Program-made: the position numbers and the translations under genes | Assembly: GCA_964247055.1 (NCBI GenBank) | Contig: OZ176054.1 | Location: forward strand, 9,362,001-9,426,000 | Source: Paragordius varius | Lineage: Eukaryota > Animalia > Nematomorpha | Direction of reading: 5' to 3' | DNA length: 64,000 nt | The notes under the pieces: model-generated | What the model was told of the DNA's origin: nothing | Database searches by the model: none | What the model saw: only the letters and a program-made list of their open reading frames with translations | Shown here: one piece after another, positions 1-12,660 of the stretch | Numbering within the stretch: position 1 is the stretch's first letter | How the letters are laid out: every line of letters begins with the position of its first letter

Positions 1-1045
1 ATGGATCTGTGGTTGAACGATTATAAGTGGTGGGTACAACCGATTCCATCGGTAAATTTGAAGTTTGTTGAGATGATACGTTTGGTTGAGGTGATACGCT
101 TTTAGAAACGTTTCTAAATCTTATGGACGCTTCATTAGTTATATTACAATTTTTTATCATAAAACTTGTTGTGGGCACTTGGACCTTATTTTGTTCCATA
201 ATAATGGGAATTTCGTTTTTAATACGATTAAATTTTTTGCTTAAAGTTAATTTCGCTATAGTGTATCCGTTGGATACAATTATAAGAATATATGGTAAAA
301 CAAATATGAGTGTTATAACAAACGCATGATATATTTGGAAATAATGTTGTAATTTTGGGTTTAAAGGTATTACTGAAAATTTCGTTGATAATTCCACATA
401 AGTTTCTTTATCTATATAATCTTTGATGGGTTCTAGGTTATTGTAAAACGCATAAGGAATAATAAGGATGAACGATATTAACACAATAAATCCAATAGTG
501 ATTTTGACCAATCCTAAACTATGTTTACTTTGAAAATGATGGTATTGTACGGGATAATTAATAGCAGTAAAAATATCAATGTTTGCCAAAACTATTATGT
601 AATTGGAGGCAGAAAAGCCCACGTAGGAGACTTTAATTTTTCCAATAATAATTGCTATATAAATATGTTCGGTGTTCCTAAAGCAATCACTCCTATACAT
701 AACACGAATTACGAAATGGGGAATAACCGTTAGACAGACCAGTAAACCCATAATACACAATGATGTAAGATAAAATCGATTGATTTTTTTATAGGAATGT
801 CGGATTTTAAATATATCACATCGTTTAACATTTAGGGATAAAATTAGAATAATGTATCCAACAAACCCTAAAGAGAGGGCCGATGCATAAAGTACAGGGT
901 ATATCCATTTTCCTTCTAAATCCGCGGGTGTATTAATTATGTTTATAATCGTTTCATTGGTCGGTATATGCAAAATGGTTTTATTATCATCGTATTGGCT
1001 AATGTTACTGACATTTAGGTGAACAACATTTAACGTCAAATTCAT
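1..1045 (-). CDS. Divergent 7TM GPCR-like receptor, paralogue A (5' part; runs off the window edge)
   Basis: ATG at 1045 (-). The frame is open to base 2 (348 codons): MNLTLNVVHLNVSNISQYDDNKTILHIPTNET...LGFVGY...LANIDIFTAINYPVQY...VLPYILIIVSNGYTIAKL. It is collinear with the ORF at 10547-11824. It is absent from the ORF track because there is no stop inside the window. Confidence 0.92.
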   Translation of the reverse strand, partial: MNLTLNVVHLNVSNISQYDDNKTILHIPTNETIINIINTPADLEGKWIYPVLYASALSLGFVGYIILILSLNVKRCDIFKIRHSYKKINRFYLTSLCIMGLLVCLTVIPHFVIRVMYRSDCFRNTEHIYIAIIIGKIKVSYVGFSASNYIIVLANIDIFTAINYPVQYHHFQSKHSLGLVKITIGFIVLISFILIIPYAFYNNLEPIKDYIDKETYVELSTKFSVIPLNPKLQHYFQIYHAFVITLIFVLPYILIIVSNGYTIAKLTLSKKFNRIKNEIPIIMEQNKVQVPTTSFMIKNCNITNEASIRFRNVSKSVSPQPNVSSQQTSNLPMESVVPTTYNRSTTDP

Positions 1046-1701
1046 TAGGTTAGTTAATCCTAGATATATTTTTGTATTGATATTTAATTACGCAAATAAT
1101 TATCCAAATATCTTACTAAGCTAATATAATGCTTGTATGTTAATTAATAACCAATATCTTATATCACATAATTGATATGTCGTATTTATATAAAAATTTC
1201 ATATTTCTTATATGGTTTATACTCTATTATATTAACCTGGATTTTTAGTAAAACGATCATAGAGCATAAATTTAATATTAAAACTTCAAGACCTTTTGGG
1301 GTAGTTTTTCATCCTAAAGTGATTTAATATTTGAATATCATAAAAAGTATTTAAGGTAGGCCGAATTTAATTTAGCCTTTTGTGAGCATAATACAAATTT
1401 TTTAAAAATAAGCCTTTTGCGCGCATAATACAAAAATTTAAATTGTAGAGATATCCTCATCTCAAACTTTTTTGCCGCCATTTTTTATATAATTTTTAAA
1501 TTGCTAATACAACAGGTGAATATATCTATATTATGGTTAGAGAATGTAATTAACTTTAGTAATTCAGGTAGTAGTTTCTTTGCAAGCTAATGTCATCGCC
1601 GAAAAAGTCGAGTTTGATAAAAATTAGTTAATTATTTCACATTTTGTTAAAATATGGATATTTTTTACAATTTTTGGAGGAAATATTCAAGAGTATGCTT
1701 A

Positions 1702-2869
1702 AACACTTCAAGATGGTCCTTGACACTTGAAGTTAGTCCTCTTGTACATCTCAAGTTGGTTTTTAAACTTCAAGTTGGTCCCTGAACACTTCAAGATGGT
1801 CCTTAAAGTTTTTAAATTTGGATTTAACCATAATTTTTGCATGTATTTTTTTATTTTATTTTTTTAACCTATTTTCTTTATTTATATATTTATTCAATAA
1901 AAATAAATTTTTTTATTCACAAAATTTTTTTTTCTTTCAAACTTAACAAAATTATTAAATTATAAATGTTATGTTAAATTAAAAAAAACAGAATACTTAT
2001 ATATTTTTAATTCGTGTTAAAATCTTATAAATATTTAAAGTAGTTTATAAAAAATTAATAAAGAAATGTTTTTGAATGATTAAAAGTTGATATTGAGTAA
2101 GTTAAAAATGATAAAATAGATGAATGTTACACGATTTGATTGATAAAAATTAAAAAAAAACAAAAATGTTAAAGGACCAACTTAAAGTGTTCAAGGACAC
2201 TCTTAAATTCCAAATGGTGTATATATTACAGTCTTAATAAGGACACGCACATTATCTGAAACTAATCAATTCCTATGTTAATACGCTTGAAGTATACCAC
2301 GGTATTTTCCGTGTCATCATTTTATCGAGTCATAAGGCGTCTGCAACTATAATACTTTGTTAAACTACCATCTGTCGATCTTAAAGTGTCTTTTGACTTT
2401 TTTGTCTTGTTTTTAACTTTTATCAATTAAAGGGTATATCATCCATCTATATTATCGTTTTTAACCTATTTTCTATTATTTACAATAAATTTTAAATCAA
2501 TATCAACTTTTAATCATTGAGAAACCGTATATCTTTATTAATTTTTAAAATTATTTTGGATATTTATACTATTTTAACATGTAATTAAAAATATAATTCT
2601 GGGTTATTATTTACAATTTTTTTAAAACATTTAAAAGTTAATAAGTTAATTGGAAAAAAATTTAGTTTGAAACAAAAAAGTGGTTTTTGAATAAAATTTT
2701 TTATTTTGAAATGAATATATATATATATAATAAATAAAGATAGGTTAAAAAAATAAAATAAAAAAATATATGTAAAAATTATGGTTAAAAATCAAATTAA
2801 AAATTTTAAGGACACACTTGATGTGTTGAAGGACCATTTTAAAATGTTCAAGGACCAACTTGAAGTGTT
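1702..2869. repeat. Foldback-like long inverted repeat (~500-bp arms, ~170-bp spacer) with ~20-bp subterminal tandem units
   Basis: About 1702-2200 aligns by eye to the reverse complement of about 2375-2869 (e.g. ccttaaagtttttaaatttggatttaaccataatttttg vs ccttaaaatttttaatttgatttttaaccataattttta). The unit (c)cttgaacacttcaagttggt repeats at the ends. Confidence 0.75.
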
Positions 2870-3021
2870 GTTAGTTGTGAGACACAATAAAATGTTTTTG
2901 ACATTTGCTTTTTAAGCAAAGTCACGGTGGATCTAAATACATTTATCATTATTCATTATATAATCTTCTTCACATACATTTCTATAACGATATATTTTAG
3001 CATTTTTCAGGCTTGAATAAA

Positions 3022-5700
3022 ATTTTTGTTGCTAAGGTCGATTCCGACTAACTCCAACATTCAAAATATAACTTCTTCATTCATTACGAATACCAGATCT
3101 AGCGTTTAGTTTGATTGGTTGGTTTCTTTGAGGATGTTATCCATCCAACGAGTTCGTCTTCTTCCTCTTTTCCACTCACTTTTCCTAGCATCAGTGACTT
3201 TTCAAGTGAGTTGGTTCTCATAATGTGGCCAAAAAAAGATAGTTTTTGCCATATTAAGTTAGAAGTGACATTTCCGGGTTAACTTTATTCAAAATAGTGG
3301 TGTTAGAAATTTTGTCTGTCCATATTTGGAGAAGTTTCCTCCAAACCCATAATTCGAAAGAATTTATTAGTCGTTTGTCATATTTTTTAGTGTCCAACTT
3401 TCCCCCTATACAGGAATGTGGGGAAAACTGTAGCCTGATTAATCTAATTTTGGTTTTTAGTTTGATGTCATGTAACGTCCAAATCTTGTTATATTTGAAT
3501 GTGACTGCTTTTGCGATGGCAATTCTTCGTTTTTCTGGAGTGGAGTTGTTGTCATTGTTTATAATGCTGACCAAATACGTGCAACTGTTTACCGTTTCCA
3601 TCTTATTACCGTTGAGGATTAATATATTAGTTGTTTGAGCCGGGTTGATTTGCACAACTTTTAATTTTTTAAAGTTGATATTTAATCCGAATTTATTAAA
3701 TTCAGTTTTAAACACTTGCAAGGCTTGCGATAATGTATCTACACTGTCTGCGAATAGGACTGTATCATCCGCGTAATAAACGGATGTAAGGTTTCCACTC
3801 CATAAATTTCTGGATGCATTCGAGGTATTCGTTAAAAAGAAGGGGATAAAACGCATCCTTGGCATAGGCCGACTTGTACCTTACATGAATCAGATATACC
3901 GTGAGGTGTAGATATTACGGCCGTGAAATTTAAGTAAATTGAGAATATGACGTTGATTAGATGTGTTGATACTCCAAGTTGTTTAGGGATGTTCGTAATT
4001 TATTGTGTTGGATGGAATCAAATGCTTTAGAAAAATCGACAAAGCACATGTGCAGTTCTTTGTTGAATTCAATGTGTTTCTCTAGTATCCACCTCATAAT
4101 GCATATCATATCTCGGCATCCTCTACCTTTTCAAAAACCAGCCGGAATCGTGGATATCTCGGGGTCAAGAATGGTATTTAGTCGAAACTGTATTATTTTT
4201 AAGGAAACTTTGGACACCTGGTTAATGAGCGCTATGGTGCTATAGTTGTCGCACAGCTCTGGATTACCCTTTTTTAAAATAGGAATCATAATTGATGTGC
4301 ACCAATCCTCAGGAATTTTTTCCATCTCAAATATGTTTTGAAATAATTTTTACGTTGTATAGTTAACCTATGTGTTTAAGCCAGAGTTTGCGGATTTCGT
4401 CTTTTTCAGTGACGATTGAGTTGTTGTCGTTTCTCATAGGTCCCTTGTAAAAAGCTTTTTTGTGTGAAATAATATTGTTTGTATGGGCAAAAAATGTTCG
4501 GTTATTTTTGGCGTCTGTTTCTAATTTTTCACACAGTTGGTCATAATAATTATTTTTGTCCTCTCTTACACTCTTTTGTTTAGTTGTTTGTACTCATCCC
4601 ATTTGCATATGATTTTGGATTCTCTACATTTTTCTGCGATCTCAAGACTTTTTGTTGACAATTTTATATTTTATTTAGTATGTTTGAGAGGCTGTATAAA
4701 TTCGTCGGCTGTAACTCTGCAGATTGTGTGTATAGCTTTCTAGAAGAAATTTATATTCTGATAGTTTTCGGAATTATGATTAAGACACTCGAAACGATTT
4801 GATAAAGCGGTGCTTAACTTGTCGTCGATTGTATCATAATCTAATCTTGTTCTGGTGGGTTTGGATATTTTGGGGAGTTGTAATTTAATGCAGTTTGGCG
4901 ATAAATAGGTTGTGGTCGCTGTAGCAATCCGATCCTGGTAGGCATTTGACATTATGAAAGAACTTTTATATTTTACCATACCTAATATGAAGTCAATTTG
5001 GTTACGGTATCTTTGACACGGGGAACACCATGTTTATAGACGTCGTTCGGACTGTTTAAAAAAGGTGTTTGAAACGAAGAAACGATGATTAGCCCAAAAT
5101 TCAATCAATCTATCTCTCTCGTTTTTTATGCCCAAGCCCATGCCACCCGTCATAGGAGATGTTTTGTCTTTTCCTATGATTGAATTGAAATCGCCTAAGA
5201 TAAATATGATATCTTTTTTTGATATTTGGGAAATCGCCAAGTCGAGATCACTGTAAATTTTTTTAACAGTCGTCATCGCATTAAGAGGAGGTAGGGGCGT
5301 AAATTTTAAAGATTGTAATGGGTTGAGGGGTTGTTTGTATGCGGATTGCAATTATACGCTCATTGATTGGATTAAAAATGTCAGATAAATTAGCTAGCTC
5401 TTTATTCATTATTATACCGCCGTTGTATTTTAACGAGTAATGGCCGGTTTAATAAAGTATATGATTGTCAAATTCTAAAGTTCCGGTAGAAGGAATGTGG
5501 GATTCTGAAATTCCTAGTATGTCAATTTTATGCTTGGTCATTTCGTTAACTACTATATCTAATTTATTATTGTTGTAAGCTCCGCGTAAATTCCACGGTT
5601 CGTAACGGATGCTGAGGTTACGTGATTTCAATATTAACAGAATGTGCTTAGAATGAGAGAATGTGATGAGAAATATGTTAAGGATAGGTAAGGAATATAA
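3022..5700 (-). mobile_element. Near full-length, decayed RTE-clade LINE (APE endonuclease + reverse transcriptase)
   Basis: Frameshifted fragments in the expected order: WNLRG..KLDIVVNEM..IDILGISE and ILGDFN (APE); PEDW..IPILKKG..C.NY; GFRKGRG; CFVDFSKAFD; GLCQGCVLSP; YADDTVL; RTRWMDNI. An RTE-type 3' tail AGTCGGAATCGAC lies near 3035-3050. Confidence 0.9.
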
Positions 5701-5897
5701 TATAAATATGTCTAATGTTCGGATATTGTTTTTGGTAAAAAAGGTCGATTAGAGATGGGTAGGTATACCGTACCTTTCCCTCTCGATTAAAAGCATATCC
5801 TAAAATATAAGTTCAAAGACCTTCTTCTATTTTTACTAAAACTATGCTAAGAAAAGCGCAAGATTTAGTTAGAATAAATTACATATAATAAAATAAA

Positions 5898-8295
5898 TCT
5901 ATATATTTATAAAAATAGAAAGCGGTGGCATTGTGATCTGTTTCTGGAAAACCGGTAGACCCATTTAAAACCAAATGTCGAAAAAATATAATCATTAATG
6001 AATTCCCCCACAATAGCTTCGCCCTTTTTTTGAATTAGGCCCCCAGTTCTGGCCCACCCCATGTAAAAAACGGTTTTTTTTTGAAAAACAGAAGTCCACA
6101 AAAATCGTGTCTTTGAGACAATTTTCCCGAAAACGTGTTAATCCATTCGATTTCAAATATGATTTTTTTTACTTATTTTCGATTCGAACATAGTCGGCTC
6201 ACTTTATTAATTTAGGCCCTCTTTTTACCCGCTCCCCCTGTAAAATGCCATTTTTTAAAAAAATTAAGTCCACAAAAATAATTTTATGAATCTAATTTTC
6301 GCCCAAAGTATGAATCCGTAAATTTTTTTATGAGGATTCGGGGTATTCCCTGTTAAAAGGCAATAATTTTAGCCAAGAGATTATTTAATGATAGCTGCTG
6401 AGTAAGGAGATACCTGCTAAAAACTGACCCGTCATATCAATAAGCGTGCCTTTATGGCTAAATTTGAGATCTATCAGGCCATATGAATTCAATAGCTGCT
6501 TAAAATATTACCCGTAAAAGGCAAAAATTTAGGTCGTGCGGTTTTTTAAAATTAGCCGTTAATTAGGCCCTTCGCGCCCTGAAAAATGCGCTACCATAGA
6601 ATGATTTTTTTAGTTTTGAGGCAATTTTTCCAAAAACTAATGAGAACATATGGAATCAATAATAATTCCAGGTATTCTCCGTAAAAAGGCAAAAATTTTA
6701 ATCAGGCGCTTTTTTGTATCAGCCTTGAGCAGGGAGCTACCCGCCTAAAACTGCGCCACCATATCGAAATTGCGTTGTTAAGTTATTAAAAAAATTATCA
6801 GGCCATATAAGTTTAATAAGGGCCTAAAATACTGTCTGTAAAAGATTTTTGAATTAGCTGTTAATTAGGCCCTTTAAGCTCTAAAAAATGCGCTATCATT
6901 GAACTATTATTTAGTTTTGAAGCCATTCTTCCAAAAACTATTAAGAACATATGGATTCAATGATGATTCCAGGTATTCCCCTATAAAAGCAAAAGTTTTT
7001 ATGGAACGTCTTTTATATTGGCTTCTGGGTATGGGGCTACCCGGTTACAACTGCGATACTATATCAATACAGCGTGACTTTGGAGGCGAATTTTAGGAAA
7101 TTATCAGGCCATGAGCTTGAACCTGTAAAAAGGCAAAATTTATGTAGAACGGTTTTATAAAATTACCCCTTAATTACGCTTTGCTCTAAATGCGCCACCA
7201 TAGAATGACTTTTTGGTTTTGAGGCAATTTTTCGAAAATCCCACTCCCAGGTATTACCCAAATTAAGGCAAAAATTTTAATCGAGCATTTTTTTGTGTCG
7301 CCCCTGGTAACGGGGCTAGCGGGATAAAACTGCTTCACCATATTGATATAGCATGCCTTTGGAGCCAAATTTCATAGAACCTATGAGACTATGTGATTTC
7401 AATAAGGGCTTAAAATATTTACTATTTCTTAAAAAAGAAATATTTTAGTATGGGGGGTTTTTTCAATGAGTTGCTAAGTAAAGTTTTACGCCCTGAAAAA
7501 TGCGCCGCCATAGAACAAATATTTAATTTGAAGCAATATTTTCCAGAGCTTATTGGAACATATGGAATTTATAATAATTCCAGATATTCTCCACATAAAG
7601 GCAAAAATTTTGCACGCTTTTTTATACCCTCCTCTGGGTAAGGAGCTACTCGCCAAAAACTGCGCCACTATATAGAAATTGCGTTGTTTTGGAGTTAATT
7701 TACAGAAAATCTAAGCTCATTAGCTTGAAATATTACTCGTAATTAGGTAAAAATTAAGAGAGGCGTTTTTTATTAGCCGTTGAGGATTTTATGCAAAAAT
7801 ACGCCATCATATAACGATAATTTAGTGTTGAAGTATTTTTTCGAATAACCCATGAGACGATGGTATCAAAGATGATTCCAAATATTTGCCCTATAAGGGC
7901 AAAAAATTTAACTCAGCGGTCTGAGACGCCACATAAAAATGGCGTGGTTTTTGAGCTAATTTTCAAAAAACTTAAGAAGCCATCCGAGTTCAATAACGGC
8001 TTTAAATATTACCCATAAAAAGGTAAAAATTATATTATAGAGGTTTTTTCCGTTAGCCATCTATTTGGGGCCTTTACACCAGACAATATATTAGTATGAA
8101 TGCACAGTTTTGAAAATTATATGAAGCACAGTTTTGAAATCTTATGGATTATAACTATAAAATAATGTTTTGAAATAATCCACATATATGGATCACAATT
8201 TTGTTGATCCCTTTTTGAAATAGCGCCCCCTTCACCACCACCCAAGAAGTCCTAAGGACTTCCTCGGGCTGCTAGCAGCACGAGATTTACGCTAG
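5898..8295 (+). mobile_element. Non-autonomous Helitron with internal tandem array
   Basis: 5' end A|TCTATATATTTATAAAAATAG at 5898. The 3' end has a near-perfect 22-bp palindrome CTCGGGCTGCTAGCAGCACGAG (8263-8284), 7 nt, then CTAG|T (8292-8295). This gives an A/T target with no TSD and no Rep/helicase ORF. Confidence 0.78.
6030..8090 (+). repeat. Degenerate satellite-like tandem array: ~150-bp monomers arranged as ~300-bp dimers
   Basis: The ATTCCAGGTATT-like motif recurs at about 6336, 6665, 6966, 7246, 7577 and 7875 (period ~280-330). AAAAGGCAAAAATTT and AAAA(C)TGCGCCACCATA motifs recur at about half that period. Confidence 0.85.
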
Positions 8296-8559
8296 TTAAG
8301 TAATAAAAGATTTATTTATCGTTCCAACACAAATGATGCGAATGTTTTTATCTCTGTGTACGGATTGGGTTGACTAGCACAGGCCATTTTAAAATAAAAA
8401 TTACGAAAAACAATTATTTTAGATTTGTTTTTTTATATGTAATTTTAATTTTATTGCACATAAATAATCTTGATTCAGAGACCTCTGGTTGCCACAAGTA
8501 CAAAAAAATTCCAACGTAATTAATGGACTCGACAATTCGAAGCTATATACAAGATATAA

Positions 8560-9600
8560 TATTTTCATGTAAAATATAGGTGAGATTCTACTTATGATCA
8601 TCACCTCTCCGCATAATTGATTTTATAGGTAGGGATAAGATGTTTAATCTTCTTTTTGTCATAATTTTTAACACCATTCAGAAGCAAGCTTCATTCCGAA
8701 TTCTCGTGTTCTGAAAAGATTTGTTTTTTATTAAGATTTCTGATATTTTTTATTATGAATAATTTTTATTTCTGCTGTATTTCACAATTTAGCGTCTAAG
8801 CATTTAGTTGCTCTTTCAATTTGATTTTTTATTTGCGAATATCTGAATTGTATTTCATAAAAAGCGTTGTAAAATTTGGATATTTGCTTTTTTAGGCAAA
8901 GCCATCAGTTTAGATTTAGATGGGTTTAGCTTCAGACCCATCAAACTTGCCTCTGTAAGTCTATTTAATATATAAATCATGTCCGGATGGGATTCCGTCA
9001 AAAGAGCCGTATTATCAGCGTATCGGAGATTGCATATGGTTAGACCACCAATGCGCGCTCCAATATGTTGAGGAAATTCACAATTGCGATTTAATGTTTG
9101 ATATAAACAGGAGGGGAAGGACACATCCTTATCTCACACCTCTGAGGATAGGAAACCAGTCGGTGGAACCGTATTGTGTTTTGATCGTAGCTGTTTGTTT
9201 AGAATATAACGATTGTAACAGAACTATTATGTGGGTTACGGATGATTGTAAAATCTTCCAGAGATAGTCGTGGTTGGCTGTGGCAAATGCCATTCTGAAG
9301 TCCAAAAAACAGCAGTATACTTTACCGAATTCGTATCTCTGAATTATAGTATTAATATTGACTATATGATTTGTAGTGTCTCGCTTTGATCTAAAGACGG
9401 CCTATACGTTAGAAATTTTATAATCAATATAATGGATGAAATTTTTTGTATTATTTTGAGAAGAAGTTTGTATTTATTAGTGATACCTATTCGGTAGTTC
9501 CAACAGTGATAAGGATTACCTTTTTTTGAAGAACGGAAAGACATAGAATTTGACCCAATCGTCAGGCCAATTGTAAGTAAAGACATTTTGCAAAAGGTTT
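8560..9600 (-). mobile_element. Second RTE-clade LINE relic (RT region, 5'-truncated and decayed)
   Basis: WPDDW..FKKGNPYHCWNYR (about 9490-9570) and IGGLTICNLRYADNTALL..MGLKLNPSKSKLM (8855-9124), with frameshifts and stops. Confidence 0.8.
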
Positions 9601-10086
9601 GTTAAATTGATAGGGATTCAGTGAACATTTAAGCAAAGCCATGGTGGAGTTCCTTATCAAAATAGTACATTTATCATTATTCATTATAAAAAAATAATCT
9701 TCTTCCCATTTATTTCTATCTGGCTTAATTTTTAATTATACTAATATATAAGTTTAAAGGATACTTGCTTCTGCTTTTTTGCTATATTTAGACTATTTTT
9801 CAAGGAAATCACAAATGATTTAAAGTTCGAATATAATAGATATGATTAAATGAATATATTAATAAAATAATATATTTACTCAGCTATATATGAGTTGTCG
9901 TCAACAAGTAAAATCCAAACACTAACTAAAAATAAATTATATAAGATTAATTATTATTTTTTTGAAAAAAATTCAATGCAGAAATATTTTTACATTATTT
10001 AAAAAATTTCAGGCGGTCACGAAATCGACCGCGGTCGACCGTTCATCCCTGCTATATAAGAATGTTAGGTGCATGGATGCTTGACA

Positions 10087-10089
<3 letters not shown>

Positions 10090-10140
<51 letters not shown>
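10090..10140. repeat. (TA)n microsatellite, representative of more than ten such tracts (e.g. ~22176, 29670, 30380, 33121, 37745, 53451, 54921, 57712-57766)
   Basis: Direct reading of the sequence. Confidence 0.95.
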
Positions 10141-10143
<3 letters not shown>

Positions 10144-10546
10144 TATTAGAACAAATTTATGTAAAAATGAATATTTTAGAGTTAATATTTGATTTATATC
10201 CAATAAATACGTTTTATAGAAAATTTTACTAACTTTTTTCAAAATATTTAACAGTATTAAATGACCATGGAAAAATCCCGACTTAATTTACACCTGTTGT
10301 ACACCATATAAAGTAAAACTTTTAGATACAAACGAGGTATCTACTTTGTTTTTGCTAAACACAATAAAAATTTATGGATTATAAAGACAAGCAAAAAATA
10401 TTTTATTAATTAATTAGATCTATTACATATTAAATAATGTACATGGGTTAATAATTAAAACGCAATTTTGGCTCAGTAAGATATTTAATTTATTATGTAA
10501 TTAAATATCAATATATATAATTTAACCATTTTCCCTTTGTAAAAAC

Positions 10547-11824
10547 ATGAATTTGACGATAAATGTTAATTATTTAAATGTCAGTAACACTAGCCAATAC
10601 GATCATAATAAAACCATTTTGAATATACCGACCAATGAAACAATCATCAACATAATTAATACACCCGCTGATTCAGGAAAAAAATGGCTATTTCCCATAC
10701 TTTATATATTGGCTCTCTTTTTAGGGTTTTGCGGATACATTTTACTAATTTTATCGCTAAATATTAAACAATGTGATATATTTAAAATCCGACATTCCTA
10801 TAAAAAAATCAATCGATTTTATCTTACAGCTTTGTGTGTTATGGGCTTATTAGTCTGCTTAACTATCATTCCTCATTTCGTTATTCGTCTTATGTATAAA
10901 GATGATTGTTTTAGAAACACTGAACATATTTACACTGCTATTAATTTTGGGAAAGTTAAAATAGCATTAGTAGGCTTTTCTGCCTCTAATTACATCATAC
11001 TTTTGGCAAACATTGATATTTTCACTGCGATTAACTACCCGGTACAATACCATCATATTCAAAGTAAATATAGTTTAAGATGTGTCCAAATTACCATTGC
11101 AATTATTGTATTAATTTCATTTGTCCTCTGCATCCCTTATGCATTTTACAATAACCTAGAGCCCATTAAAGATTATTTGAATAACGAGACTTACGTTGAA
11201 TTATCAAAGAAGTTTGTTTTATCTTTAAATCCAAAATTCCAACATAATTTTCAAGTTTATCATGTGTTTGTTATAACAATTATATTTGTTTTACCTTACA
11301 TTCTTATCATTGTGTTAAACGGATACACCATAACTAAATTAACACTAAGCCATAAATTTAACACTGTTAAAAATGAAACTCCTATTATGGGACAAAATCC
11401 CGCCCATGTGCAGTCAACAAGTTTCATAAAAAACTGTAATGTAGATGAAGCGTCTATTAGGTTCCGCAGTGTCTCGAAAAGCACTTTACCCGTATCATCT
11501 CAACAAACGTCAAATTTACAGAATCGTTCCTCAGACACATCACCAAGAAAACATTTTAGGCGAATAAAATCTGACAAAATAAGATTTTTCTTAATGGTTT
11601 TGACCATATTAAATATTATTACACTTGTTATAACTGTTCCATGGCTTGTAATTAGTATTTGGAAAAGTAAATTTTGGGTAGCAGGCCTAAATTGTGAATC
11701 AAAACCAGAACGAATTTCATATTTTTTAATGACATTTAAATACTTTATTACCCCCTACATAATAATATTTTCCAATGTAAATATTAGGACTATGATAAAA
11801 GGTTGGTTTAAGCCTGTAGCATAG
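10547..11824 (+). CDS. Divergent 7TM GPCR-like receptor, paralogue B (425 aa, single exon; loosely peptide/FMRFamide-receptor-like)
   Basis: Seven hydrophobic segments, N-terminal NxS/T sequons, TM5 VLPYILIIVLNGYTI, a long ICL3, and TM7/helix-8 TPYIIIFSNVNIR. Confidence 0.88.
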   Translation: MNLTINVNYLNVSNTSQYDHNKTILNIPTNETIINIINTPADSGKKWLFPILYILALFLGFCGYILLILSLNIKQCDIFKIRHSYKKINRFYLTALCVMGLLVCLTIIPHFVIRLMYKDDCFRNTEHIYTAINFGKVKIALVGFSASNYIILLANIDIFTAINYPVQYHHIQSKYSLRCVQITIAIIVLISFVLCIPYAFYNNLEPIKDYLNNETYVELSKKFVLSLNPKFQHNFQVYHVFVITIIFVLPYILIIVLNGYTITKLTLSHKFNTVKNETPIMGQNPAHVQSTSFIKNCNVDEASIRFRSVSKSTLPVSSQQTSNLQNRSSDTSPRKHFRRIKSDKIRFFLMVLTILNIITLVITVPWLVISIWKSKFWVAGLNCESKPERISYFLMTFKYFITPYIIIFSNVNIRTMIKGWFKPVA

Positions 11825-12538
11825 TCATAATTATTGCATATTATATCAATATAATATATACATATAATGTATCAATGTAAAACTATTATTCTAATTAATA
11901 ACAGAATAAATATTGTATTTATTGTCCAAAATAGTAACCAAAATTATTAAAAGAATATAAATTATTGGAAAACTGCACGTACATAATTTAGGCGGCAGTT
12001 TTTCAGAAAACCTATAAGGCCTAGTTTCAATGGTAGATATGTTCTGTGTACAAGAATTATTGACACGAGAGTTTTCTTAAAGTACAAGCTGTGTAGGGCT
12101 CCACCCCATAAAATTAACGTGGCTTTAAAGTTTTTTTTAATAAAAAGGTTCATTCAATAATGGTTTGAGGTTCCCCGGGCCAAAATTTTAGTTGATCGCC
12201 TGGTCATTGATCATCCTGCTAATTCTTTAAAATTGAAGTTTCTATAATTACAATATTATGGTTTTATACAAACAATAATATTCTATAACACAGTAAGTAA
12301 CACAAAAAAATAAGTTTTTTATGATTCGTACATCATTAGATTAGTTAGCTTAAAGCCTTATCATAATGAATATCGAATGAAAAACGGAACAAAAAATATT
12401 TTTTTAATGCTATTAACCAAAATCGAAAATTGGCATTTTTCTTGTTACATTTCGAATTGATAAGTAATAACTGGCAGGTGGATAATTTTCCGACGCTACA
12501 TCCTTTACATGATATATGATGAAGATCTGTACATAAAG

Positions 12539-12660
12539 CAGGGATGTCCAGCACAAATGTGGCCTGAACAGCCACATTTTCGACCTCAAAAATCCGAAGC
12601 GCCACTTTGAAATATATATCGCACATAAGTATCAAAATTTATTATATAAACAAATATAGA
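12539..12660 (+). mobile_element. Partial hAT (Buster-like) MITE, left end
   Basis: CAGGGATGTCCAGCACAAATGTGGC...CATTTTCGACCTCAAAAATCCG matches the left end of the 39400 copy. The preceding 8-mer acaTAaag fits nnnTAnnn. Confidence 0.6.

Noticed and set aside
123-733. ORF-track ORFs 123-329 and 521-733 (+), and similar ones at 3297, 3979, 4537, 11296, 20665, 28343, 46998 and 62030
   Set aside because: They are antisense shadows of real genes or LINE coding sequence on the opposite strand.
6030-8090. Regularly spaced repeats resembling a CRISPR array
   Set aside because: The whole ~150/300-bp unit is repeated and degenerate, with no unique spacers and no cas genes, in a eukaryotic context inside a Helitron.
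10009-10242. ORFs with (IY)n runs (10009-10242 and 57599-57928)
   Set aside because: They are produced by (TA)n microsatellites and are not coding.
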